Below, piece after piece: positions 51,001 to 60,600 of a DNA stretch of 64,000 nucleotides; position 1 is the first letter of the stretch, and each line of letters begins with the position of its first letter. The position numbers and the translations under genes are program-made. Source of the stretch: Candidatus Kapaibacterium sp. (GTDB taxonomy: Bacteria; Bacteroidota; Ignavibacteria; Kapaibacteriales; UBA2268); assembly GCA_965140345.1 (NCBI GenBank), contig OZ223197.1:79481-143480 (forward strand), written 5' to 3'. The notes under the pieces were generated by a model. The model ran no database searches. It saw only the letters and a program-made list of their open reading frames with translations, and was not told where the DNA came from.

Positions 51001-54000
51001 TCATTGAAAGTGATAATAAGCTTGATCTTGAATTGACTTATAATACAGATTTATATGAAGACAAGTTTATTGCCTCTATTTCAGGCCATCTAGAACAAAT
51101 AATAGAAGAGATCACAATCTCAATCAATCAGCCTGTAGATTCTATCAATATTCTGACTCAAAATGAATTGGATCAATTACTAAAATTCAATAAGACAGAG
51201 TATAAATACTCGGATAATTCCTCAATTACGGACTATGTAGATCAGATAGCAGAAAAATATCCTGAAAATACAGCTCTTACTCTAAAAGACAAAAGTATAA
51301 GCTATAAAGAATTGAAAAAACGATCTGATGTGATAGCTGCTAATATATTGAAAAATAATGACATTAGGATTGGTGATAATGTCGCAGTCTTTACTAAAAG
51401 AGATATTGATTTTGTACCGATAATGCTTGGCGTTATGAAAACAGGGGCTATATATGTTCCGATAGATGAAGAAACTCCTCTAATTAGATTGAAAAAAATC
51501 CTCAATAATTGCTCTGCAAAGATGTTGATAACTGATAAAATAATTGATGTCGATGTTCAGGTCGTAGATAAAAACAATCTTATAAACACTGATATATCTA
51601 TGATTCAACTAGCTAAACTTGAGTCCAAAACTCCTGCATATATAATTTACTCATCAGGAACAACAGGTGAGCCAAAAGGAATTGTTGCTACTCATTCCAA
51701 CTTGATCAACACAATAGAAGATCAGATTCATGCTTTTGAGATAGATACAAATTCTAAAGTGATGCAATTTTACTCAACTGCTTTTGATGCTTCTATGTTG
51801 GAAGTATATTTGGCTCTTTTTGCCGGTGCTGAACTTGTGGTAACCCCAAAAGAAATTATATCAGACAAAACAATGATAGAAAGCTATTTGCAAGAAAAAC
51901 AAGTTAGTTTTGCATTTTTCCCTCCTTCATATCTAAAGATATTGGATAAAGAAAAACTTGCTAATGTTAAGACCATAGTTACCGGAATGGAACCGCCGAT
52001 ATTAGAAGACGCTTCCTATTTTGCGGAAAAAGGAAATTATTTCAATATTTATGGCCCTACAGAAACAACTGTAATTTGCTCTTATCACAAAGTTGATCCT
52101 AGAGAGAATAATAATTCGGCTATTCCTATCGGTAAACCGATGCGAAATTATTCTATGTATATCATGAATGATGAACTTCAAATTCAGCCGATTGGATTTC
52201 CGGGAGAAATCTGCATAGAAGGTGAGGGGCTGGCTTTGGGATATCTTAACGATAAAGATTTAACTGACTCTAAGTTTAAAATCAATCCATTGACAGGCCA
52301 CAGGATCTTCTGTTCAGGTGATATTGGTAAAATGCTACCAAACGGCGATATAGTTTATCTGTCTCGTAAAGACAAACAGGTCAAAATAAGAGGATATAGA
52401 ATTGAGACCGGAGAAATTAAAGCTAATATTGACAAAATAGATGGAATAAGAGAATCTTATATTAATGTTATTGATGAAAATGGCAATAAAGAGTTAGCTG
52501 CTTATGCTATTTCTAATAGCTTGAAAGAGTCTGAAATCAGACAGAGACTAAAATCTATGCTTCCTCAGTACATGATTCCGAAATATATTAAGCTAATAGA
52601 TGTTATGCCTCTTACTCTAAACGGCAAGATTGATAAGAATGCGTTGCCAACTGATTTCTCAGATGAAATAGATAACAAACATGAGAATCAGGAACTTAAC
52701 GAAAAAGAGAGTATGGTACTTGAAATTTGGAAAAATGTTTTGGCAAAAGAAGTTATAGGAATAAACCGCAATTTTTTTGAACTGGGTGGTGATTCTATAA
52801 AAGCTATACAGATTTGCTCTCTATTAGCACAAAAAGGCTATTTAGCGAATGTTAGAGACGTTTTTTCACATAATACCATCAAAGATTTAGCTAGTGTTCT
52901 AAAAGCTAAGGAAACTCGAATTGAGCAGGATCTCGAACCCGGCATATATCCTCTCAGCCCTATTCAAAAATGGTTTATAGATCAAAACCATGGGATAGTG
53001 GATCATTTCAATCAGGCACAATGCTATGAATTTACTTCAAAAATCGATTCCGCTAAATTTAAAGAAGCTATTGATTTTGTAATGAAAAGGCATTCTGCCT
53101 TTAGAACAAAGTATATTAAAACTGAGAATGGGTACGCTCAAGAATTAATGGAATCGCCAACAGAATATAAATATTTTGAAGTGCTTGAACAGAAGTTTGA
53201 CAAAGACAACATACTGTCAATCTCAGAAGAGATGAATAAATCTATGAATCCTCAAAAAGGAGAGATGATTAAATTCAAGATTATCAGAGAAGAAAATGTT
53301 GATTATCTAATCATTGTAGCACATCACTTTATTATAGATGGTGTTTCATGGAGAATCCTAACACAAGAGCTAGAGACTGCTTATAAGGCTTTAGAATCCG
53401 GTTCCAAAATTTCCCTTCCGGAAGAATCAGATAGTTTTCAAATATGGACGCAAAATATTGAATCTGTGTTCAGTAGTAAAAAGCCTAATATTGAATACTG
53501 GAATAAATTTGAAACAAACGAATATATAGTTGAATTTCAACAAAAAGAAACGAAATTTTATACAGCTTCATTTGAATTGGATCAAGAATATACTCGCAAA
53601 TTATTAGAAGATTGCAACAAGGCATTTAGTACAGAGATAAACGATGTTTTACTAACAGCAGTTAATATCGGATTTGCTGATATGTTCCCTAAACATAATC
53701 ATATTGATATAATGCTTGAAAGTCATGGTCGAGAACATGATTTTAAAAATATAAATATATCCGACACAATTGGTTGGTTTACAACATTTTATCCTGTCTC
53801 TTTTTCGGTAAAATCTAATCTCAAAGAAAGCATTGTCGAAGTTAAAGATAAGCTGAGATCTGTTCCGAATAAAGGATTTGATTTTATTGCTCTAAAGTAT
53901 ATATCAAATGAGCTTAAGCATATTAAAGAACCTAAAATTACATTCAATTACTTAGGTATATTTAATGAAGTAGGAGAGTCTAGTCTGTTGAAAATAAAAG

Positions 54001-54272
54001 ATATAGAGATGTATTCTGTGATGAGTGGTGATATATCTTTTCATCAGGACTTTGTTATAAATGCAGTAGTCGAAAATGGGAAATTTAAGCTGTTTTTGGA
54101 TTCAAAATATAATAAACAAGTCTCCGAGCAATTGTCTGGTTTTATTAAACAACAGCTTATAAAAACAATAGATTTTCTATCCTCTTATGAAGAACAAGAA
54201 ATTACAAAAACAGATATAGATTTCGATGGATTTGAGTCAGATGAGTTAGACGACTTTTTAAATACTCTTTAG
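45036..54272 (+). CDS. Non-ribosomal peptide synthetase, three modules: A-PCP-C-A-PCP-C-A-PCP-E (+C-terminal acidic docking tail)
   Basis: A cores IISTSGSTGEPKSI (~45480), YVIYTSGTTGKPKGV (~48575), YIIYSSGTTGEPKGI (~51645); PCPs GGNSMLAIKLI, GGHSLLAISLI, GGDSIKAIQI; C domains HHIVADGNS (~47210), HHVIADGIS (~50250); epimerisation domain PLSPIQKWF...AHHFIIDGVSWRIL (~52930-54200); tail DFDGFESDELDDFLNTL. Confidence 0.95.
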   Translation: MNKKIYYTVFDSIAKQYPNNIAIEEQNRTITYRELKEKSDQIAAHILNLNIGLSKVIAISISESIEYVATALGVMKSGNIFMPLDLKHPHERLNRIIKKTSPELLIYNEVSVVNRLIHKSISYDALLMDVVNNTLPEMSGEEPCYIISTSGSTGEPKSILGMHKSFSHFMHWESKEFEISENDRVPLIAPTTFDVSFRDIFVPLMNGATLVIPPIDIKKDIKELCKWLEEKNITLLHIVPSIFRMITKIAEKDQQYKFNNLKHVLLAGEPLYGRDVQAWRNVFGSNTELINLYGPSETTLAKIFNRLGEKQFEDNRIIPLGQPISNTAVLILNRGKLCDIGEQGEIYIKTPFRSLGYIGDTKLNGEVFVQNPLKEEADIVYKTGDMGRYLPDHSIEFIGRIDRQIKISGNRVELNEIESAFKDFEAIDDVIIIPQKDSDKNIRLCAYYTAKHEINQSELRSFLSEKLTDYMMPSYFVEMKEFPLNFNGKIDKKALPKPEDMLYEKIKFVEADSEIQKTLVQIWREIFEISRIGINNKFTDFGGNSMLAIKLIAKIYQTFGKSISIKELFEDGSIKSISDTISIDNITEISIAKAVKKEMYKLSFQQERLWILSQIEEANASYNIASAYSVKGSFDVGLFEKAINLVLNRHDVFRTSFHALNGQPFAKIQDFVDFQIDVEVSQHRNLEQTLSKESAIQFDLTQAPLCKCKVFQLSEEERILFFNIHHIVADGNSLRLLVKEINDVYKQLKNNSITEFIDDRLNYVDYAEWQQEYLKSEEAKEFHNFFRDKLNGELPILTLPTEYARTNSKSYNGSRINLALDFETTQALDSISNDLSVSKFTVFVAAMNLIFRKLAGTNDIITGTVAKNRSLSQLENMQGYFSNTLPLRVKIDREKPANEFISQVKKEILSTLDKQIYPFDKIISELDLVRDFSRNPVFDVMLMYRENVQEDLNIQGAEIQEIEIPESLSRIELAFELIEAGDDYKLEISYNSDLYSEEQVREYQKYFSEILKQISVNNTKRVKDISLLSQQETLELISNSYRKSEYSYQQNIYSLFADTATKYSDYNSLSNEDSTITYSELVSDVNKIAEFFVQDGIKEGDIVAVKSGRTGKRVAIVLALWKIGAAYLPIIDSLPQERINFILADSGARYYEENSITVPSKSSIEIAISDKMLNPAYVIYTSGTTGKPKGVKVSHASFLNQLLHQKEELKIDEKSAVLQFHEHSFDGAMVEQFLPMIAGAKSVIATKEIIEDISNIYSLCEKEQVTHAIFPPSYLSLLDISKLNSLKMIATAGDVPNIKTIQAVLDAGIEYYNLYGPTETSCTTSIQKVDHIEPEIPLGKPVYNTYMFIVDEDMQVLPQRAMGEICISGAALSLGYINNSNDDSFTKLSSLNNISVYKTGDVAKVDKNGNLVYIGRKDNRIKIRGYRLDPQEIRQEILKENSVVDVEVIAHKQQLKAFVKSSNTLDTNELKSHLATILPNYAIPEIYFVDTIPKNANNKTDFDALLKLSDFYDYQSIEDELSDFQSEVRLVLKEVLPIENIRLDDNFFKLGGHSLLAISLISKINEKFTSDVKIKDFFKNPTLRHLASIIEEASEKNIVKLKKAPVQESFELSSQQKRIYSVAKMGGDQAYNAPIAIRFENLDIELFSRALNNVIQKHPMLRARIQEHNGEPCLFIREHFEYTPEVFLVSNVNNKAITEKLVDKLSTDYLNISDYPLFKISFIKDEFQNSVMILNIHHVIADGISLNIFVKDLTKEYNHLKSNVVTVERKENYIYLDYIYNQQYEVELERNKTAREYWKNKLQGELTVLDLPTKTVRSQVQTYNGLVVHSTIDKRNLNKLNRIAGELGVSKFSMAVALVKILLRRYTGQNDIILGTAVSGREYKEYEDIIGLFSNIIPLRDNIEKSDTLVNIIEKVSKTINESFEYQAYPFEKMIEDLALERDMSRGAIFDFAMTYGYKDEAQFEFDGVKAEYLQNKGYYSKFDILFSFIESDNKLDLELTYNTDLYEDKFIASISGHLEQIIEEITISINQPVDSINILTQNELDQLLKFNKTEYKYSDNSSITDYVDQIAEKYPENTALTLKDKSISYKELKKRSDVIAANILKNNDIRIGDNVAVFTKRDIDFVPIMLGVMKTGAIYVPIDEETPLIRLKKILNNCSAKMLITDKIIDVDVQVVDKNNLINTDISMIQLAKLESKTPAYIIYSSGTTGEPKGIVATHSNLINTIEDQIHAFEIDTNSKVMQFYSTAFDASMLEVYLALFAGAELVVTPKEIISDKTMIESYLQEKQVSFAFFPPSYLKILDKEKLANVKTIVTGMEPPILEDASYFAEKGNYFNIYGPTETTVICSYHKVDPRENNNSAIPIGKPMRNYSMYIMNDELQIQPIGFPGEICIEGEGLALGYLNDKDLTDSKFKINPLTGHRIFCSGDIGKMLPNGDIVYLSRKDKQVKIRGYRIETGEIKANIDKIDGIRESYINVIDENGNKELAAYAISNSLKESEIRQRLKSMLPQYMIPKYIKLIDVMPLTLNGKIDKNALPTDFSDEIDNKHENQELNEKESMVLEIWKNVLAKEVIGINRNFFELGGDSIKAIQICSLLAQKGYLANVRDVFSHNTIKDLASVLKAKETRIEQDLEPGIYPLSPIQKWFIDQNHGIVDHFNQAQCYEFTSKIDSAKFKEAIDFVMKRHSAFRTKYIKTENGYAQELMESPTEYKYFEVLEQKFDKDNILSISEEMNKSMNPQKGEMIKFKIIREENVDYLIIVAHHFIIDGVSWRILTQELETAYKALESGSKISLPEESDSFQIWTQNIESVFSSKKPNIEYWNKFETNEYIVEFQQKETKFYTASFELDQEYTRKLLEDCNKAFSTEINDVLLTAVNIGFADMFPKHNHIDIMLESHGREHDFKNINISDTIGWFTTFYPVSFSVKSNLKESIVEVKDKLRSVPNKGFDFIALKYISNELKHIKEPKITFNYLGIFNEVGESSLLKIKDIEMYSVMSGDISFHQDFVINAVVENGKFKLFLDSKYNKQVSEQLSGFIKQQLIKTIDFLSSYEEQEITKTDIDFDGFESDELDDFLNTL

Positions 54273-54281
54273 GAGAGAATA

Positions 54282-54659
54282 ATGAGTGAAATGAACAAAG
54301 TTCAAAACCAAGTTAAACCAAAAATATGGTTGCTTAATATAGCAGAAAAAGAAATCGGTATAGCTCGTCTTTTTGATGAAAAATTCAAAAAAGAGTTTAA
54401 AGACAGATATGAAATGATTACTTCTGCTAACAATATCCAAAAGCAACAAAATGATTTAGTTGTGGAGCTACATAGCACTTATAATGGACTGTTTTTCGCT
54501 ACTGCTATTAAGTTCTATAAATTTCAAGAAGTTAATAAAGAAATTATATGGCGTTCTATTGGAGAGTCAAGCATATCTGTCTATAAAGACACAAAATATT
54601 TTGACATAGCAAGAGATTACTATCAGATTACAAAAAGAAGCTTAGAACAATACCTCTAG
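54282..54659 (+). CDS. Hypothetical small protein between NRPS genes (not MbtH-like)
   Basis: 125-aa ORF; 9 bp after NRPS stop, 10 bp before next NRPS start; basic, no MbtH W/P signature. Confidence 0.5.
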   Translation: MSEMNKVQNQVKPKIWLLNIAEKEIGIARLFDEKFKKEFKDRYEMITSANNIQKQQNDLVVELHSTYNGLFFATAIKFYKFQEVNKEIIWRSIGESSISVYKDTKYFDIARDYYQITKRSLEQYL

Positions 54660-54669
54660 GGAATACGAT

Positions 54670-57600
54670 ATGCTCAAGAAAGAGAATATTAAAAATATTA
54701 TACCAATGTCGCCTTTGCAAGAGGCGATGTACTTCCGTAAAACAATGGATGAAAAGTCCTCTGCATACTTCAATCAAATAGCTTTTACTTTGAAAGGGTG
54801 CTTTGATTTCGAACTTTTTCGCAAATCTTGGGAGCTCATTTTTGAAAGACATGATGCATTCAGAACAGCTTTTGTACATGAAAATGCACCCAGACCGCTC
54901 CAAATTATTCTCAAGGAACGAAAACCTGAAATAAATTTACAAGGTGATTTCGAAGAAAATAAGTTTGTAGAATATAAGCAATTTGATTTGGAGAGAGGGT
55001 TTAATTTCAAAACACATCCTCTGATGAGATTCTCTTTGTGGACAATAGATCAAGATACAGTAAAAGTTTTATGGAGCTTCCATCATATTATTATGGATGG
55101 CTGGTGTAATAGTATACTATTCTCAGAATTTGAGCAAATTTATTCTTCTCTAATTGATAATAAACAATGGAACTTAGATCCAGCATCTTCATACTCTGGC
55201 TATATCAAATGGATAGAGTCAATAGATAAGTCCAAATCTGAATCTTATTGGAGAGAATATCTATCAGATTTTGAAGAGGCTAGTCTAATTGCTAAAAAGA
55301 ATGATGAGGCTCTGTATAGCCTCTCTAAATCTAAACTCAAACTTGATATTGACACTAGTAATAAACTTAAAGAAATAGCTCAAATCCAGGGTTTAACATT
55401 AACGAATCTTATTAAAGCAATTTGGAGCGTCATACCTGCAAAATTAAATGATACAAATCGATCCTGTTTTGCATATACTATTTCAGGAAGAGATTATCCT
55501 ATCGAAAATATTGAAAAAATGGTAGGTCTTTTTATCAATACATTGCCTCAGTTTATTGATCTGGATAAGCATCAATCTATACCTGATTTAGCCATGAGTA
55601 TTCAGAATGATGATATCAAGAATAAAGAGTACGGCTTTGTTGCAGGTGCAGATATTGCTTCTTATACCGGCAAAGATATATTATATGATCATATATTGAT
55701 ATTTGAGAATTATCCCATAGAGAGTGGCGAAGATTCGTTTTTTGAATACAGTGACTTTGAAGATTTTGAACAGACAGACTTTCCTCTGGCTCTTTATGTG
55801 AGTATGGGAGCAGAAATTAAAATTACTTATAAATATAATAAAAATGAGATAAGTGATTGTAAAATAGATAATATACGGATGTATTTTAAAACTTTAGTTT
55901 CTCAGTTTCTTGCAAATGCTTATATGCCATTAGCTGATTACAAATTACTCTCTAAAGAAGAGGAAACGGAAATTATCAAAATAAACTCAGGGGAAAATTT
56001 CTCAATCGACAGCTCTAAAGATTTAGCTGCATTATTTAAGTCTCAGGTTATAAATAATCCTGACAGAGTTATTCTTGTAACTAAAAACAAATCTTATACA
56101 TATAAGCAGGTTGATCTGCTGTCAAACTCAGTTGCAAATATGCTAATGACAGAATCTTCTGAAATTGTCGGAGTTTATCTTGAGAGATCAGAGTTGATAA
56201 TTATTTCTATTTTAGGTATTCTCAAAGCAGGTAAAGCTTTTTTACCACTATCTACTGAACATCCTTTTGATAGAAATCAATACATAATTAGGGATAGCGA
56301 TGTTAAAACCATAATCAGTGATCAGACTACAAACTTTGGCATTAAGAGAATTATCAATCCTGATAATTTCTCTGAAGAAACTTTGCATCAAGAGAAAAGC
56401 AGAGATATCAGCGATACTGCTTATCTGATTTATACATCTGGTACAACGGGTAAACCAAAGGGTGTACTTCTAAAACAAGAAAATCTAATTAGTTTTACTC
56501 AAAATCTGACTCAAACATTTGGGATAGATGATCAGGACTCTCTTCTTGCGATAACTACTCATACTTTTGATATTTCAATACTAGAGATGATAAGCACTTT
56601 ACTGGTAGGTATTAAAGTGTATTTCTGCGATAAAGAAGAAGCTTTAAACCCTAAAAAAATATCAGAGATTATTGAAAAATATAGAATAAATACTCTTCAG
56701 ATTACACCTTCACATCTAGCAGGAATAATTGACGTTGTAGGAATTGAATTTCTGAATAATCTTAAGACTATACTTGTAGGTGGTGAGGAGTTCCCAATTT
56801 CTCTTATGAATAGTCTTGAATCAATAGTAAATACAAATATTTATAATGTTTATGGGCCAACTGAAACTTGTATTTGGTCAACTGCTAAGCTATTGAAAGG
56901 TGAGATGAGCATTGGTCAGCCTCTATTAGGTGAAAAAGTCTATATTCTCGACAGACATAATCACATTATGCCACAAGGATATATCGGTGAGATATGTATA
57001 GGTGGTATTGGTGTTGGTGTTGGATATCATAATAAAAAAGAGCTGTCACAAGAGAGATTCATTCAAGTGGATAATATCCCTGATTCTGTCATATATAAAA
57101 CAGGCGACTACGGATATTATGATGAAAACAAAGAGATTAAATTTGTAGGTAGAAAAGATTTTCAATTAAAAGTCAGAGGATTTAGGATAGAGGAACAAGA
57201 AATTGTAAAAGCGATTTTATCGATTGACTATATAAAGGATTGTGTAATCTTAAAAGGTGAAAGTGATAACTTAATAGCATATCTTGTTGCAAATAAAGAA
57301 TATACGAACGATTATATTAAGAAATGTCTTAACGATATTCTACCCAAATATATGATCCCTGACACATATATGTTTATCGACAACTTTCCTTTGAATGCAA
57401 ATGGCAAAATAGATAGAAATGCTCTGCCAAAACCTAATTCTAAACGTATAGTTTCAGATGAGTTTACAACCCATCAATATCAAATCGCATCAGTTTGGTC
57501 TAAGATTTTAGGGCATAATAACTTTGATTCGAAAACAAGTTTTATGACTGCAGGGGGACACAGCCTTAAAGCTATGAGATTAGTTGCTTTATTCAATAAG

Positions 57601-60600
57601 AAATTTGAAAAGCAGCTGGAAATTACAGCTTTTATGAAAGAACCTACAATCGAGTTTATGGAGACTTTTCTACAGAGTGTAGAAGATAACAAAATAGAGA
57701 TTGAAAAACTTGAAAAAGCTGAGTTATATAAACCATCTTCTAATCAGAAAAGACTCTGGGTTCTACAAAAACACTCAGGCAGCTCTGTCGATTATAATAT
57801 GCCATCTGCCTTTTTAATTAAAGGGAATATAGATTTAGCTAGACTTGAAAATGCATTTAATAAACTGATTCAAAAATATGATATTCTAAGAACCAGATTT
57901 ATAGAGGAAAACGGCGAGCCATATTTAAAAGTAAGTACTAGTTTGGACTATAAGATACCTAAGATAAATATTTATGACATACAGGCATGCAAGGAAAAGA
58001 TTGAAAATTTAGCCCTTAAAGAATTGAAATTAGATGAGCTTCCGCTTTTTGATGTAAGATTCTTTTCTTGCAATGATGATAATCAAATTCTTTACTTTAA
58101 TATTCACCATTCAATTTCAGATGGCTGGTCTCAGGATATATTATTTAAAGAATGGATAGAAATATATAACGGTAAAGAGCCGCTTGACAATCATTTGCAA
58201 TACCAAGATTTAATTGCAGATATTGCAAAAAATGCGGAATCGCTTGAAAATAAAGAATATTGGTTGCATCGGCTTTCAGGCTTCGAGAAAGCAGGATCTA
58301 ATCTGGTTAATTACGAATATTCAGTTCCCGGAAGCTCAATATTTAGAATGGATCTTACACATCTTTCAGATCAGGAAATTAGAGATTATTGCAACAGAAT
58401 CGGAGTTTCAATCTATAGCTATTTCTTAGGATTAACTTCTTTATTGCTAAAAAGATATTCAGATGCTAATGAAGTGTGTATTGCTACTGTATCAGCAGGA
58501 AGAGATAATCATGATTTGCAAATAGCTCCCGGATATTTTGCCAATACTATGGTTTTTAGAAGTAAAACTCATATTGATGAATCAAGTGAAATATATCTTA
58601 AAAATATTCAAAATAGATTGTATAGAGACCTTGAACATCAACATTATCCGTATGATAAAGTTCTGAATATATTGGCTAAAGAATCTAACTTGAATATAAA
58701 TGAAATTGTAGATACTATATTTGTTTTCCAAGAGAATGAAGAAATAGATGCCGGTTTCGAGGGAACAAGTTTAGAACAACTGGATATTAGTGTTCCTCTT
58801 AAGCGTTTTGGACTAGCCATACATCTTGCTAGAAAAGAGAGTAAATACTCCTGCGAGATCATATATGAAAACAAAAGATTTTCTGAGAGCATGATTGCCA
58901 GAATGTGTTTGCATTTACAACAGCTCAGCAGAGAAATTATTGATAAACCGAGTAAACCATGTCTAAAACTAGATATTCTAAGTTCATTTGAGGAGAAACT
59001 ATATCAAAATATAAATGAGAATTATTTAGGCTTTGATATACCTCAAAATTGTTTCCAAATTGTAAATGCTATCTCAAAAAGAAATGCTGATTCATGTGCA
59101 GTTATATCTGATCTAATGCAATTATCTTACAAAGATTTGATTGCAAAAACTAATGAGATTGCAGAAAAGTGGAAAGCAAAACATAAAATAAAAAGGGGAG
59201 ATGTCATTGCATTTTATGATCACAAATCTCCTGAAATGATCTCTGCTATTTTAACGATATGGAGACTTGGTTGTGTTTATTTACCGATTGATGTTGGTTT
59301 ACCCCAAGATAGAGTTACTTATATTCTTGAAGACAGTAATGTAAGGTTTATCACTAATAGTCATCTAAATCTAGAGAAGAATAGAGCTTATGATGAAGCT
59401 CATAAGATAAGTGTCGATGCGGCATATATTATCTATACCTCAGGAACTACCGGTAGACCAAAAGGAGTTGCTGTTAAGCATGCGGCTCTTGCTAATACCA
59501 TTTTTAATCAAATAGAGCAGTTTGAAATTCAAAATAATGATACTGTTTTGCAGTTTGCTTCATTATCATTTGATGCTTCAATTTCTGAAATATGTCAGGC
59601 ACTTTTTTCAGGAGCAAGAATAGCAATACCCCAATTAGAAAAAATTAAAGACCCTGAGGATTTGGCTGAGTTTATTAGGAAATATAAAGTGAGTGTTGCA
59701 ACAATACCTCCTTCCATGCTAGGCTTCTTGAAAGGTAAAAATGTTCTTACTCTAAAATCTATTATTAGTGCCGGAGAGCAAGCTGTTAAGTCTGATATGG
59801 TATATTTCTCAAATATTGCTAATGTCTTTAATGCTTATGGACCTACAGAAACAGCTATCTGTTCTACTATTTACAAAGTCAATGATACAGATATACATTT
59901 ACCTCAAGTACCTATCGGTAAACCTTTGGCAAATACTCAGGTTTTGCTTTTAGATTCAAATATGAATCAGGTTCCGGTTTCTTCTATAGGTGATTTATAT
60001 TTATTTGCACCAAATACTGAAAACTGCTATTTCAGCAGCGAAAGACTAAATAAAGAAGCTTTTATTCAAGTAGGAAATCAAACTTACTATAAATCAGGTG
60101 ATAGAGCATACTCTATGGAAACAGGTGATTTAGTTTTTGCTGGCAGAAGCGATGATCAGGTAAAGGTTAGAGGGTACAGAATAGAACCTCAGGAGATTTC
60201 AAAGGCGATTAAAGAAATAAGAGGTGTGTCAAATGCTTTTGTTTTAATAAAAGGCAAACACATCCAAAAACAAATTGTTGCTTTTATAGTAGGTAAACAG
60301 GATGAGCGTTTTATTCGTGACTCGTTGAGAAGACACCTCCCTGATTATATGATTCCGTCAGAATATGTATTTCTTGAAAGATTGCCTTTGAATAAAAATG
60401 GGAAAATAGATAAAATTACCCTACAATTGATGAACAATAAAGATTCAAATTTTGAGAAAATTCAAAATGAGGACGAAAAAGCTGTTATTGCAATAATGGC
60501 TGAAGTTACAGGGAATTATCAAATAGAAGTAGAAGACAGTTTTTTCGAGTCAGGTGGAAACTCTTTGTTAGTTATTTTATTCAGACAGAAACTGGAAACA

